A stretch of DNA of 64,000 bases from Bacteroidales bacterium. Lineage in GTDB: Bacteria; Bacteroidota; Bacteroidia; Bacteroidales; WCHB1-69. Each line of letters starts with the position of its first letter. Within the stretch, counting starts at the first letter, position 1. The translations under genes were made by a program, and so were the position numbers. The notes under the pieces were generated by a model. It was not told the origin of the DNA. It searched no databases and worked only from the letters and a program-made list of their open reading frames with translations. The stretch spans positions 9,992-73,991 of the forward strand of contig JAGCSI010000034.1 in assembly GCA_017964255.1 (NCBI GenBank), written 5' to 3'. This document shows, in pieces, positions 1 through 8,832 of the stretch.

Positions 1-2
1 GT

Positions 3-749
3 GAATCTATCCAAATCTGTATACCATCAACAGTTCCTATTACCCTTGCCACGGCAACTCCATATCCTGCAAGTGGCTTGAACAAAACCCAACTGTTCTC
101 CAATGAAGGTATAACCCTTAAGGCGAGAGTTGGAAACTTTTCCCATTCTCAAGTGTCAAGTTTTGGTTTCCTTATTTCTGATAATCCGGATGATATTCAA
201 ACCTACAATAATGATTTTCGTTTGCCTGCAACATTTACTAATGTTAACGATACGCTATTTACCCATAAGATAGGTATGGAATACTGCAAAAAGACCTGGT
301 ATTACCGTCCTTATATGGTATTGACTGCATGTGATGGAGAAATCCTGTATGGAGAAATCGGCAGTGTGACGATGTGGGGACCGGAGGATTATAATCCGAC
401 AGCCACGCCGATTACTGTAACGGCAGGTCAAACGGTTAACTTGTCCTCCACGGCATACATCACCATAAGTTCGCTTGGTGGATGGAAGCCCATAGAATAC
501 TATCTGGATCCCAATGGTGAATATAGTGAATATGCAGATCAATTAGCTCATAATGGAGTAACATACGAAAACTGGTCCTATTATTGGAAAGCCAACGGCA
601 GCCAGATTTATTCCTCGCATACTTCGGGTAACACCACCCATAATCCCACTCAGACAACGGTGTATGATGCCTATTGTGTGTTTGAAATTAATGGATCGCA
701 TTGTATTGTGAATGGTAACCCGATTACTGTTACGGTAACTCAGCCGTAA
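3..749 (+). CDS. hypothetical protein, C-terminal part (frame open to window edge)
   Basis: Frame 3 has no stop from nt 3. The ORF track starts it at an internal TTG (78). No catalytic motif recognised; Thr/Asn/Tyr-rich, ends VTVTQP. A strong terminator hairpin follows. Confidence 0.55.
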   Translation, partial: ESIQICIPSTVPITLATATPYPASGLNKTQLFSNEGITLKARVGNFSHSQVSSFGFLISDNPDDIQTYNNDFRLPATFTNVNDTLFTHKIGMEYCKKTWYYRPYMVLTACDGEILYGEIGSVTMWGPEDYNPTATPITVTAGQTVNLSSTAYITISSLGGWKPIEYYLDPNGEYSEYADQLAHNGVTYENWSYYWKANGSQIYSSHTSGNTTHNPTQTTVYDAYCVFEINGSHCIVNGNPITVTVTQP

Positions 750-790
750 ATTGAGAATATCACGGAGTCGCTTCCGTGAGGAATATACAT

Positions 791-829
791 AAAAAATCCC
801 CGTTTATCTTGCGATAGGCGGGGATTTTT
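791..829. terminator. bidirectional intrinsic terminator between convergent genes
   Basis: Stem aaaaaatccccg / cggggattttt is flanked by an A-run and a T-run. It lies between the stop at 747-749 (+) and the stop at 853-855 (-). An extra 7-bp hairpin tcacgga/tccgtga sits at 760-779. Confidence 0.7.
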
Positions 830-852
830 CTGCTATAGTTTGGGTTCTTTTG

Positions 853-2925
853 CTATTTCTCCAAGCGGATACGGGCATCCACAGCGGTAACGTAGCTTGG
901 GTTGCCCAAAAGCGGGTTGAGGTCCATCTCCGCGATTTCAGGAGCGGCCTGCACCAAAGCACTCACACGTGCTACTTGGTCAGCGTACAGGTCGAGGTTC
1001 ACAGGCTCCTGGCCACGAACGCCCTGCAGAATCTTGTAGCCACGCAGCTTGGTGAGCATCTCCTTGGCCTCGGCAGCAGTGATAGGAGCCAACGCACTCT
1101 GTACGTCTTTCAGCACCTCGATGAAGATTCCGCCCAAACCGAAAAAGATTTGATGGCCGAACTTGGCGTCCTTGATGGCACCGATATAAACGTCGGTACC
1201 GTCGAGCATGGGGTACATTTCCACTGCGTAGGTGTCTTTAATGGCCATCAGACGGTCGAACTCCTTGCTGACAGTGTCCAGGTCCTTAACGCCGAGGGTT
1301 ACGCCGCCTACGTCGCTTTTGTGCAACGGACCGACCACCTTCATCACGAGAGGCACATCCTTGCTGCAGCCCACCTCTTTGGCGAAGGCCAAGGCATCCT
1401 CTTTCTTGTTTACTTCCACACTTTTCTTGCGGCTGATGCCAGCGGCATCCAGCAGTTCGTTGTAGTCGGCAATTTCCATGTAGCCATCTTTGCAGCGGTC
1501 AACGGTGGCGCGGATACGGGCCACATCAATCTGTGGCAGTTCCACATGTTCGGGCTGCGGTTTGGGAGTGTTGTAAACTTTGCAGATGGCATTACCCAGT
1601 ACACACTCTTCGGGGAAGTTGATACGGCCTTTGGCGATGAAGTCGTTGATTTCGTCCTTCACATTGATGATACTCGGCAGCACGGGGAAGATGGGCTTCT
1701 TGCAGGTCTTCATCTTCTCGTCTAACAAGTCGTATACTTCTTTGTTGCTGAACAAACCGGGAGAGCCGAAGATGACCACGGAGAAGTCGATTTCGTCGTA
1801 TTCATTCTCGACGGTGTCTATAATGTAGCCAAGCTGCTCGGCAGTACCGGTGGCGAGGAAGTCGATGGGGTTGCCCACAGAGGATCCTCCGAAGAGTTTG
1901 GCGAGCAGGGCGGGGCTGGCGGGATGGTCTTTCAGTGAAGGAACCTCCATGCCACCGTTGCTAAGCACATCGGTGAGCATCACGGCGGGACCGCCGGCGT
2001 GGGTGATCACGGCGCAGCGCTTGCCTTTGATTTCGGGATGCATGAACACACCGCAAACGGTGGTCAGCTCCTGGCGATTGTGGCAGCGCACAATGCCTGC
2101 TTTCTGGAACAGGGCATCGACAGCGGCGTCGTTGGTAGCCAAAGCACCAGTGTGTGAAGAAGCGGCACGTGAGCCGGCAGCACTGCCACCGCTCTTGATG
2201 GCGGCGATGTGGCACCCCTTGTTGATGAGGCTTCGGCTGTGCTTGAGCAGACGCTGCGGGTCGCCAATCTTTTCCATATAAAGCATAATGACGTGTGAGG
2301 ACTTTTCAGGATCGAATGTCTCGTCCAAATGTTCGAGTACATCCTCGATGCCGAGTTGCGCACTGTTACCAACTGCCCACACACTGTTGAACTTCAGACC
2401 GTTGCTCATGCCGTATTCCTTGATGAACACAGCCGTGGCTCCGGAACCCGTGATGAAATCGACACCCTTGGGGTCGAGTTTCGGAATCGGCGTGTCAAAA
2501 CAGCCAGCATAGTTCACATTGAGGAAGCCAGTGCAGTTGGGACCGATAAGGGAGCCGCCTACGCTGTTGATGGTATCCACAATGTGCTTCTCAATTTCAG
2601 CGCCTTCGTGGCTCTCTTCCGAGAAACCGGCACTGATGATGATGAAGCCCTTGCAGCCTTTTTCCTTGGCCAGCACATCAACGGTCTGGGCGCAGAACTT
2701 GGCGGCGATACAGAGGATGGCGCAATCTACCTGCGGCAGGTCATCGACTTTGGCGTAGCATTTCACGCCCTGCACTTCGGTCTCTTTGGGGTTGACAGCG
2801 TAAATCTGACCCTTGAAGGGGCTCTCCAAGAGGTTTTTCAGCGATTTTCCACCGGGTTTGTGAATGTCACTCGACGCACCGCATATCACGATGCTTTGGG
2901 GGTTTAATAGTTTTGGGTTGATCAT
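853..2925 (-). CDS. acetate--CoA ligase family protein (ADP-forming acyl-CoA synthetase: CoA-binding + SCS-like + ATP-grasp)
   Basis: 690 aa. N-terminal CoA-binding fold (IVICGAS..HKPGGK), central succinyl-CoA-synthetase-like domain and C-terminal ATP-grasp, the architecture of ADP-forming acetyl-CoA synthetases. Confidence 0.85.
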   Translation of the reverse strand: MINPKLLNPQSIVICGASSDIHKPGGKSLKNLLESPFKGQIYAVNPKETEVQGVKCYAKVDDLPQVDCAILCIAAKFCAQTVDVLAKEKGCKGFIIISAGFSEESHEGAEIEKHIVDTINSVGGSLIGPNCTGFLNVNYAGCFDTPIPKLDPKGVDFITGSGATAVFIKEYGMSNGLKFNSVWAVGNSAQLGIEDVLEHLDETFDPEKSSHVIMLYMEKIGDPQRLLKHSRSLINKGCHIAAIKSGGSAAGSRAASSHTGALATNDAAVDALFQKAGIVRCHNRQELTTVCGVFMHPEIKGKRCAVITHAGGPAVMLTDVLSNGGMEVPSLKDHPASPALLAKLFGGSSVGNPIDFLATGTAEQLGYIIDTVENEYDEIDFSVVIFGSPGLFSNKEVYDLLDEKMKTCKKPIFPVLPSIINVKDEINDFIAKGRINFPEECVLGNAICKVYNTPKPQPEHVELPQIDVARIRATVDRCKDGYMEIADYNELLDAAGISRKKSVEVNKKEDALAFAKEVGCSKDVPLVMKVVGPLHKSDVGGVTLGVKDLDTVSKEFDRLMAIKDTYAVEMYPMLDGTDVYIGAIKDAKFGHQIFFGLGGIFIEVLKDVQSALAPITAAEAKEMLTKLRGYKILQGVRGQEPVNLDLYADQVARVSALVQAAPEIAEMDLNPLLGNPSYVTAVDARIRLEK

Positions 2926-2962
2926 GTTTATGTTTGTTTTTGTTGTATTGTTTATTTATTTT

Positions 2963-3161
2963 GTCGTTTATGCGTTAAGACGTTAAGACATGCACTTCGT
3001 ACATTCGTTAAGACGTTAAAGCGATGTGTTATTCGCATTTATTCGTCTCCTATTCGTTAAGGCGTTAAGACATGCATTGCGTGCATTCGGTTAGGCGTTA
3101 TTGCAATTATCGTCTTAACGAGCGAATGAAGTGAGCGTCTCCACGTCTCCACGTCTTCACG
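2963..3161 (-). repeat. family-A composite intergenic element, copy 1 (CGTTAAGACG...CGTCTTAACG bounded)
   Basis: cgttaagacg (2973-2982, tandemly repeated) and its exact reverse complement cgtcttaacg (3111-3120) bracket small hairpins (atgca..tgcat). An octamer tail gtctccac gtctccac gtcttcac follows. It fills the gap between the pgm stop (3167) and the acs-like start (2925). Confidence 0.8.
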
Positions 3162-3166
3162 AATTC

Positions 3167-4891
3167 CTACAGTTTCATCTCCTCAATTATCCCCTTGATC
3201 TTCGCCTGCATTGCGGCATTGGCCTCGTCGTATTTGGCTACATCAGGCAACTCGCCCACCACACCGAAATAGAACTTGATTTTGGGTTCGGTGCCGGAGG
3301 GACGGACGGTGATTTTGGAGCCGTCGGCCGTGAAGAACTGCAGCACATTGGACTTGGGCAGGGCAATGGGTTCTTGCGTGCCTTTGTCCAAGTGATAAGC
3401 GATGCTAGCCTGGATGTCGTTCATCAGCACCACCTTCTGTCCACCGATTTCTTTCGGAGGATTGTTGCGGTAGTTGACCATCATGGCGGCGATTTCCTCG
3501 GCACCGCTCTTGCCCTGTTTGGTCAGCGAAAGCAGGTCTTCTTTGTAGAAACCGTATTCGTGGTAGATTTCGAGCAGCATCTGGTACAAACTCTTGCCCT
3601 GGTTAGCGTAGAAGGCGGTCATTTCGGCGATAAGACAGCAGGCAATGACGGCATCTTTGTCTCTTACAAAGTCGCCGGCCAGGTAGCCGTAGCTTTCCTC
3701 ACCACCACCGATGAAGCTCATCTGGCCCTCATGCTCTTTGATTTTTTCCGCAATATATTTGAAGCCGGTCAACACATCGAAGCAAGGCACCTGATAGGCA
3801 TCGGCCATGCGCTTGATTAATTCGGTGGTGACGATGGTCTTGACGACAAACTGTTTGCCGTTGATTTTGTTGAGGGCTTTCCACTGCGACAGCAGATAGT
3901 GAACCAGCAGGGAGCCAGTCATGTTGCCGTTGAGCAGGATCATCTCACCTTTGGAGTTGCGCACAGCGATACCCACGCGGTCGGCATCGGGATCGGTGGC
4001 CAGCACCAGGTCAGCTTTCTCGGCCTCTGCCTGGGTGATAGCCATCACGAGGGCGCTTTTTTCCTCGGGGTTAGGTGACTTCACGGTGGGGAAGTTGCCG
4101 TCGCTGACAGCTTGCTCTTTGACGATGCTGATGTTTTCAAATCCGTACATCTTCAAGGCCTTGGGCACCATGGTGATGCCGGTGCCGTGCAGCGGAGTGT
4201 AGATGATTTTCAGCTGTTTCTGAGCGGCAATGGCCTCTGGATGCAGCGATAGGCCGTGAACCAGCTTTAGGTAAGCCTCATCCAGGCTGCTATCGATGAT
4301 ATGCACTTTGTCGGGGTTGCGCTGCCATTTGGTATCATGCAGCGACTTGATTTTGTTGACCTCGGCAATGACATTTTTGTCGTGTGGGGGCACCAATTGT
4401 CCACCGTCATTCCAATATACTTTGTAGCCGTTATATTCTTTCGGATTGTGCGAGGCGGTCACCATTACACCCGACTGGCAGTGCAGGTAGCGCACAGCGA
4501 AAGACAGCACCGGGGTGGGGCGCAGCTCTGGGAACAGGTGGCAGGTGATGCCGTTGGCGGAGAGCACGTCGGCGGTGATGTCGGCGAAATAAGCGCTGTT
4601 GTTGCGTGAATCGAAGGCGATGGCTACGCTGATTTCCTGCTTGGGGAACTGCTGTTTCAGGTAGTTGGCCAGTCCTTGGGTGGCGGCGCCCACCGTGTAT
4701 TTGTTCATGCGGTTGGTGCCCACGCCCATGATGCCGCGCAGACCGCCCGTGCCGAATTCCAGGTCACGGTAGAAAGCCTCGGTCAGCTCGTCGGGGTTGT
4801 TTTGCTGGTATTCCCTGATTTTCGCTTTGGTATCGGCATCGTAGTCGTCGTTCAGCCACAGCGCCACGCGTTCTTCAATATATTTATCCAT
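3167..4891 (-). CDS. phosphoglucomutase/phosphomannomutase family protein (alpha-D-phosphohexomutase)
   Basis: 574 aa. Phosphoserine loop TASHNPKEYNGYK; length and order of four-domain phosphohexomutases. Confidence 0.9.
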   Translation of the reverse strand: MDKYIEERVALWLNDDYDADTKAKIREYQQNNPDELTEAFYRDLEFGTGGLRGIMGVGTNRMNKYTVGAATQGLANYLKQQFPKQEISVAIAFDSRNNSAYFADITADVLSANGITCHLFPELRPTPVLSFAVRYLHCQSGVMVTASHNPKEYNGYKVYWNDGGQLVPPHDKNVIAEVNKIKSLHDTKWQRNPDKVHIIDSSLDEAYLKLVHGLSLHPEAIAAQKQLKIIYTPLHGTGITMVPKALKMYGFENISIVKEQAVSDGNFPTVKSPNPEEKSALVMAITQAEAEKADLVLATDPDADRVGIAVRNSKGEMILLNGNMTGSLLVHYLLSQWKALNKINGKQFVVKTIVTTELIKRMADAYQVPCFDVLTGFKYIAEKIKEHEGQMSFIGGGEESYGYLAGDFVRDKDAVIACCLIAEMTAFYANQGKSLYQMLLEIYHEYGFYKEDLLSLTKQGKSGAEEIAAMMVNYRNNPPKEIGGQKVVLMNDIQASIAYHLDKGTQEPIALPKSNVLQFFTADGSKITVRPSGTEPKIKFYFGVVGELPDVAKYDEANAAMQAKIKGIIEEMKL

Positions 4892-4920
4892 AGTATATCA
4901 GATTATAAATTATTAATCTG

Positions 4921-4928
4921 CAAACTTA
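4921..4928 (-). promoter_or_regulatory. Bacteroidota -7 box (TAagTTTG on minus strand)
   Basis: caaactta is the reverse complement of taagtttg, 30 nt upstream of the ATG at 4891. Confidence 0.55.
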
Positions 4929-5006
4929 CAAAAAGTTTTCGGATTGTCAAAAAATATTTTTGCCATATAATTCCCCTTCTTTAAGACTCGACGAACGAGC
5001 GATGTG

Positions 5007-5034
5007 GTAGAGACGTTTCATGAAACTTCTCTAC
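5007..5034. repeat. 28-bp palindrome family B, copy 1
   Basis: gtagagacgtttcatgaaacttctctac, one mismatch from a perfect palindrome. Preceded by the flank module ttaagactcgacgaacgagcg. Confidence 0.85.
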
Positions 5035-5075
5035 AAAAAAACACAAATCAATTTCATTTATTCAGAAAATTTATG

Positions 5076-5083
5076 TATGTTTG
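5076..5083 (+). promoter_or_regulatory. Bacteroidota -7 box (TAtgTTTG)
   Basis: tatgtttg lies 43 nt upstream of the ATG at 5126. It overlaps the TTG used as the ORF-track start (5081), which argues for the downstream ATG. Confidence 0.55.
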
Positions 5084-5125
5084 CAAAAATTATCAACCCT
5101 TATTATTAATTTAATTCATAAAATT

Positions 5126-5563
5126 ATGGAAGAGAAAGATTTACAACTCTTGGAAGAGTCAAAATTGTATGTGTCAAGCATGGGCAAATGGATGAAATTC
5201 TTTGCCGTGTTGATGACCATAGCTCTTGTGTTCATGGCATTAGGCTGCATAGGCATCGTGTCATTCGGTTCGCATATTCCAATGGAAGTATTTGGAGGGC
5301 TAAGTTTGAAATGGTTCGGATTTTTATACTTGATTATGATTATCCTGTATGTTTTCCCAACCCTTTATCTGTACCGTTCGTCAGCAGCTGCACAATTGGC
5401 AGTGGAAGCTAACGATAATGAGCAGGTTGTGGAATTCCTCAAGAATAACAAGTCTTTCTGGAAATTCTGCGGGATTTTGACGATTGTGATGTTATGTACC
5501 TATGTTGTGGCGATTATTGGTATTATTATTGCCGCGATAGCCATGGGAATGCCGATGATGTAA
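5126..5563 (+). CDS. small integral membrane protein (three hydrophobic segments), function unknown
   Basis: 145 aa from MEEKDLQLLE. Three long hydrophobic stretches; no catalytic motif. Confidence 0.6.
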   Translation: MEEKDLQLLEESKLYVSSMGKWMKFFAVLMTIALVFMALGCIGIVSFGSHIPMEVFGGLSLKWFGFLYLIMIILYVFPTLYLYRSSAAAQLAVEANDNEQVVEFLKNNKSFWKFCGILTIVMLCTYVVAIIGIIIAAIAMGMPMM

Positions 5564-5616
5564 TCAAAAGCCCTGTTTAATTTCCCTTTATTAGATTCGA
5601 CGAACGAACGAGTATG

Positions 5617-5644
5617 GTAGAGACGTTTCATGAAACGTCTCTAC
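5617..5644. repeat. 28-bp palindrome family B, copy 2 (perfect)
   Basis: gtagagacgtttcatgaaacgtctctac, preceded by the flank ttagattcgacgaacgaacgag. Confidence 0.9.
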
Positions 5645-5664
5645 TATGTAAAGCACATTAGATG

Positions 5665-5754
5665 GAATTCAAAGTTCAGAATTCAAAATTCAATTGGTAC
5701 ATTAGCACATTAAAACAATTTGCTAATTTACTAATTAACTAATTTGCTAATTAA
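5665..5754. repeat. heptamer (GAATTCA-like) plus octamer (AATTTGCT-like) tandem tracts abutting the ftsW stop
   Basis: gaattca aagttca gaattca aaattca, then aatttgct aatttact aattaact aatttgct aattaatc. The tract ends at the stop codon at 5755-5757. Confidence 0.8.
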
Positions 5755-6828
5755 TCACGCTTCTTGTTTGCTGATGTTCAGCAACACACCGGTAGCGATG
5801 CCGGCAAAGAGTAGGGAGGCACCGCCACGACTGATGAAGGGCAGTGTCTGTCCGGTGGCGGGCAGGAGCCCGCAGTTGACACCAATGTGTACCAAGCCCT
5901 GACAACAGAACCAGAAACCTATACCTACCGCCAAGAGCATGCCGAAGGGTCCTTCGCTGCGCTTGGCGATTTTTATGGAGCGGATAAACAGCATCAGGTA
6001 GCAGGCCAGAATGATCAGGCTGGCGGTGATGCCCAATTCCTCCGTCACTGTGGTGAACACGTAGTCAGTGTCTTTTTCAGGCAGATTCTTGTTGATGACT
6101 CCCTGTCCAGGTCCTGCTGGCAGCAGTCCCGAACGGGCAATGGCAGCCTTCGACATAATCATTTGGTCGCCATAACCTTCGCTGTTGTCGTTGGTGATGT
6201 AATAGTGACAGCGGTGGCGGAAGGTGCTGGAACGTCCGGAGTTGGTTCCGAACAGGTAAATGGAGCCGAAGAAAACCGCCACAAAGCAGAAGAGCATAAG
6301 ATGCTTGATTCTGACATTGCCTAAAAACATAATGGCCAGGCTGGTGGCGAAAAAGATGATAGCGGTGGACATGTTGCTGAGAGCCATGCCACCGGTGAAC
6401 AGCAAGACGACAACAAATAGTCCTGACACGTCCTGTAAGGTCATTCTGGAATCATTGTTGATGCGGACGGCCAGGAATTTGGCGATGAAAAAAATGACCA
6501 GGAAACCGATGAAATAGAAAGTCTGGATTTCCATGGATCCGATTTGGATGCCTCGCCGTTCTTCATTACCGAACGCCAGGGTTGCCACCAGTAGAATGCC
6601 AGCTGCAAACAGGGAGAAGAGCGCCAGCCTCGACAATGCCTGGTAGTTGATTTTGTAGGCAACAAACATACCGACAAAGCATAGGGCGAGGTTGAACAAA
6701 TGGTGAATGAAGACAGAGGTCGATTTGGCAGAGCTTAACACTGCCAACACCGAAATCAAGGACAGGACAATGGTGATGATCAGGATGCCCCTGTCTCCTT
6801 TGAATTTGAATTTCTCCCTTAGATCCAT
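5755..6828 (-). CDS. ftsW: FtsW/RodA/SpoVE (SEDS) family cell-division protein
   Basis: 357-aa polytopic membrane protein. SEDS-like blocks KDTDYVFTTVTEELG and TGQTLPFISRGGAS; sits in the ftsW position of the dcw cluster. Confidence 0.8.
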   Translation of the reverse strand: MDLREKFKFKGDRGILIITIVLSLISVLAVLSSAKSTSVFIHHLFNLALCFVGMFVAYKINYQALSRLALFSLFAAGILLVATLAFGNEERRGIQIGSMEIQTFYFIGFLVIFFIAKFLAVRINNDSRMTLQDVSGLFVVVLLFTGGMALSNMSTAIIFFATSLAIMFLGNVRIKHLMLFCFVAVFFGSIYLFGTNSGRSSTFRHRCHYYITNDNSEGYGDQMIMSKAAIARSGLLPAGPGQGVINKNLPEKDTDYVFTTVTEELGITASLIILACYLMLFIRSIKIAKRSEGPFGMLLAVGIGFWFCCQGLVHIGVNCGLLPATGQTLPFISRGGASLLFAGIATGVLLNISKQEA

Positions 6829-6833
6829 TTATA

Positions 6834-6991
6834 GTCGTTTATTCGTTTATGCGTTAAGACGTTAAGACATGCACTTTGTGCATTCGTTAAGGCGTTAGGA
6901 CGTTAAGATATGTGTTACGTACATTCATCAAGGTAATTATCGTTTTAACGAGCGAACGAAGTGAGCGTCTCCACGCCTTCACGTTTCCACG
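6834..6991 (-). repeat. family-A composite intergenic element, copy 2
   Basis: cgttaagacg (6852-6861) pairs with cgttttaacg (6941-6950). Internal hairpin atgcac ttt gtgcat; octamer tail gtctccac gccttcac gtttccac. It fills the whole gap between the murD-remnant stop (6993) and the ftsW start (6828). Confidence 0.8.
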
Positions 6992-6992
6992 T

Positions 6993-7550
6993 TTATAACT
7001 GTGCTACCGCGTCTTTGAACTTGTCACCTCTTTCGCGGTAAGTGTGATACATGCCGAAACTGGTGGTTCCGGGAGCGAAAAGGATGGCGTCGCCGGCATC
7101 GGAAGCATAATAGGCGGTGCGAACAGCATCTTCCAGATTGTCACAAATATCCACCATTTTGTCCAAACCGGAAATGAAATCGTATACTTCTGTGTTGTAA
7201 ACATCTACCATGATGATATGTTTCACCTTTTCGTTGATAATGTCCACGAGACTGTCGCTGATATTCTCGCGTTTGTCAATGCTCATGATCCAAGTGGTAG
7301 GCTTGGTCATGCTTTCCAGGGCAAACCATACAGCGTTGGCGTTGGTGGAGCGTGAGTCGTTGATAAAATCTCTGCCTTCGATGGTCTTGACCAGCTCGAG
7401 GTTGTTGGCGCTGCCCTCGAAGTCGGACATGGATTCGTTCAAGCTTTCGTTACGTGCGTGGAGCAGTCTGCCCGCTACGGCAGCGGCCATGCTGCTGCGG
7501 TTGTCGGTGGTGGGGAATACGTTGTACCCAATGTTTTTGTTTGTTGCCAT
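6993..7550 (-). CDS. murD: MurD C-terminal-domain-only ORF (truncated UDP-N-acetylmuramoylalanine--D-glutamate ligase; likely gene remnant)
   Basis: 185 aa, versus roughly 440 aa for MurD (from memory). Only the C-terminal region is recognisable (DFINDSRSTNANAVWFALESM; LFAPGTTSFGMYHTYRERGDKFKDAV). The ATG lies 3 nt after the mraY stop, so there is no room for the N-terminal and P-loop domains. Confidence 0.6.
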   Translation of the reverse strand: MATNKNIGYNVFPTTDNRSSMAAAVAGRLLHARNESLNESMSDFEGSANNLELVKTIEGRDFINDSRSTNANAVWFALESMTKPTTWIMSIDKRENISDSLVDIINEKVKHIIMVDVYNTEVYDFISGLDKMVDICDNLEDAVRTAYYASDAGDAILFAPGTTSFGMYHTYRERGDKFKDAVAQL

Positions 7551-7553
7551 ATT

Positions 7554-8813
7554 TTATCTTACTTTTAATGTTACTACTGAAATTACTGCCAACAGGATGC
7601 CGATGATGATGAATCGCTGTACGATTTTGGTTTCATGCAGGCCCTTTTTCTGGTAATGGTGGTGAATGGGTGCCATCAGAAAGACGCGCTTGCCTTCACC
7701 ATATTTTTTCTTGGTATATTTGAAATAACTTGTCTGGATGATGACGGAAACTGATTCGATGAGATAGATGCCGCAAAGGACAGGAATCAGCAATTCTTTA
7801 CGGATGATGATGCACAAAACAGCGATGATGCCGCCTAGGGAAAGACTGCCAGTGTCGCCCATGAACACCTGGGCTGGGAAGCAGTTCCACCAGTAGAAGC
7901 CGAGACATGCCCCGAGCAAGGCGGCGATGAAGACTACCAACTCACCGATGTTGGGGATGTACATGATGTTCAGGTAGTCGGCGAAAATGCTGTTACCTGA
8001 CACATAGGCTAGTACGGCGATTCCTATGGAAATCACAGCTGCGGTGCCGATGGCCAGACCATCCAGTCCGTCGGTGAGGTTGGCCCCGTTAGATACCGCC
8101 GCTATGATGAAGATGATGACTAAAATGTAAACCAGTGAGGAAAGCAAGCCTGACTTGTCTCCCGTCCAGTTGGTGAGCCAGGCATAGTCGAATTCGTTGT
8201 TTTTCACAAAGGGAATGGTGGTCTTGGTGGAGTTGTGTTGGGCAGGAATTCTGCTGAAGACACTGGTAGTCTGGTTGGCCTCGCCAATGCTGACAACTTC
8301 TGTGGTTTCAACTTTCTTGCTTATAGTACTGTTTTTCTCTTTGATGATTACATCGGGATGAAAGCACATCACAATACCTACAATCAGGCCTAATACAATT
8401 TGTCCGATGAGTTTTTTCTTTCCGGAAAGGCCTTCTTTGTTTTTCTTGAAAACTTTGATATAATCATCGGCAAATCCTAGGCATCCTAACCATAAAGTAG
8501 TGAATATCATTAAGATAATGTAGATATTGTTCAGTTTGGTAACCAAAAGTACTGGTACGATAATGGAAGCGATGATGATAAGACCACCCATGGTAGGGGT
8601 GCCTTTTTTCTGGAGCTGTCCTTCCAGACCAAGGTCGCGGACAGTTTCTCCAATTTGAGCCTTTTGCAGTTTCTTGATGACACTTCTTCCAATTATGAGC
8701 GAGATGAAAAGTGAAAGCACGATGGCTGCTGCTGCTCTGAAAGAAATGTATTGGAACATTCCCGCGCCAGGGAAGTTGTATTGGTGTAACCAGTCGAAAA
8801 GGTAGTACAGCAT
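7554..8813 (-). CDS. mraY: phospho-N-acetylmuramoyl-pentapeptide transferase
   Basis: 419 aa. Motifs [21 protein letters not shown] and APIHHHY; multi-pass membrane protein in dcw order. Confidence 0.95.
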   Translation of the reverse strand: MLYYLFDWLHQYNFPGAGMFQYISFRAAAAIVLSLFISLIIGRSVIKKLQKAQIGETVRDLGLEGQLQKKGTPTMGGLIIIASIIVPVLLVTKLNNIYIILMIFTTLWLGCLGFADDYIKVFKKNKEGLSGKKKLIGQIVLGLIVGIVMCFHPDVIIKEKNSTISKKVETTEVVSIGEANQTTSVFSRIPAQHNSTKTTIPFVKNNEFDYAWLTNWTGDKSGLLSSLVYILVIIFIIAAVSNGANLTDGLDGLAIGTAAVISIGIAVLAYVSGNSIFADYLNIMYIPNIGELVVFIAALLGACLGFYWWNCFPAQVFMGDTGSLSLGGIIAVLCIIIRKELLIPVLCGIYLIESVSVIIQTSYFKYTKKKYGEGKRVFLMAPIHHHYQKKGLHETKIVQRFIIIGILLAVISVVTLKVR

Positions 8814-8832
8814 AGGGATTAGGTTTTAGTGG

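Noticed and set aside
850-1725. 291-aa plus-strand ORF, with similar long antisense ORFs at 3131..3820, 10318..11034, 20931..21620, 43637..44284, 44352..45452, 46193..46933 and 53083..53844
   Set aside because: Each lies wholly inside a confidently identified gene on the opposite strand and shows skewed, motif-free composition. I treat them as shadow ORFs.
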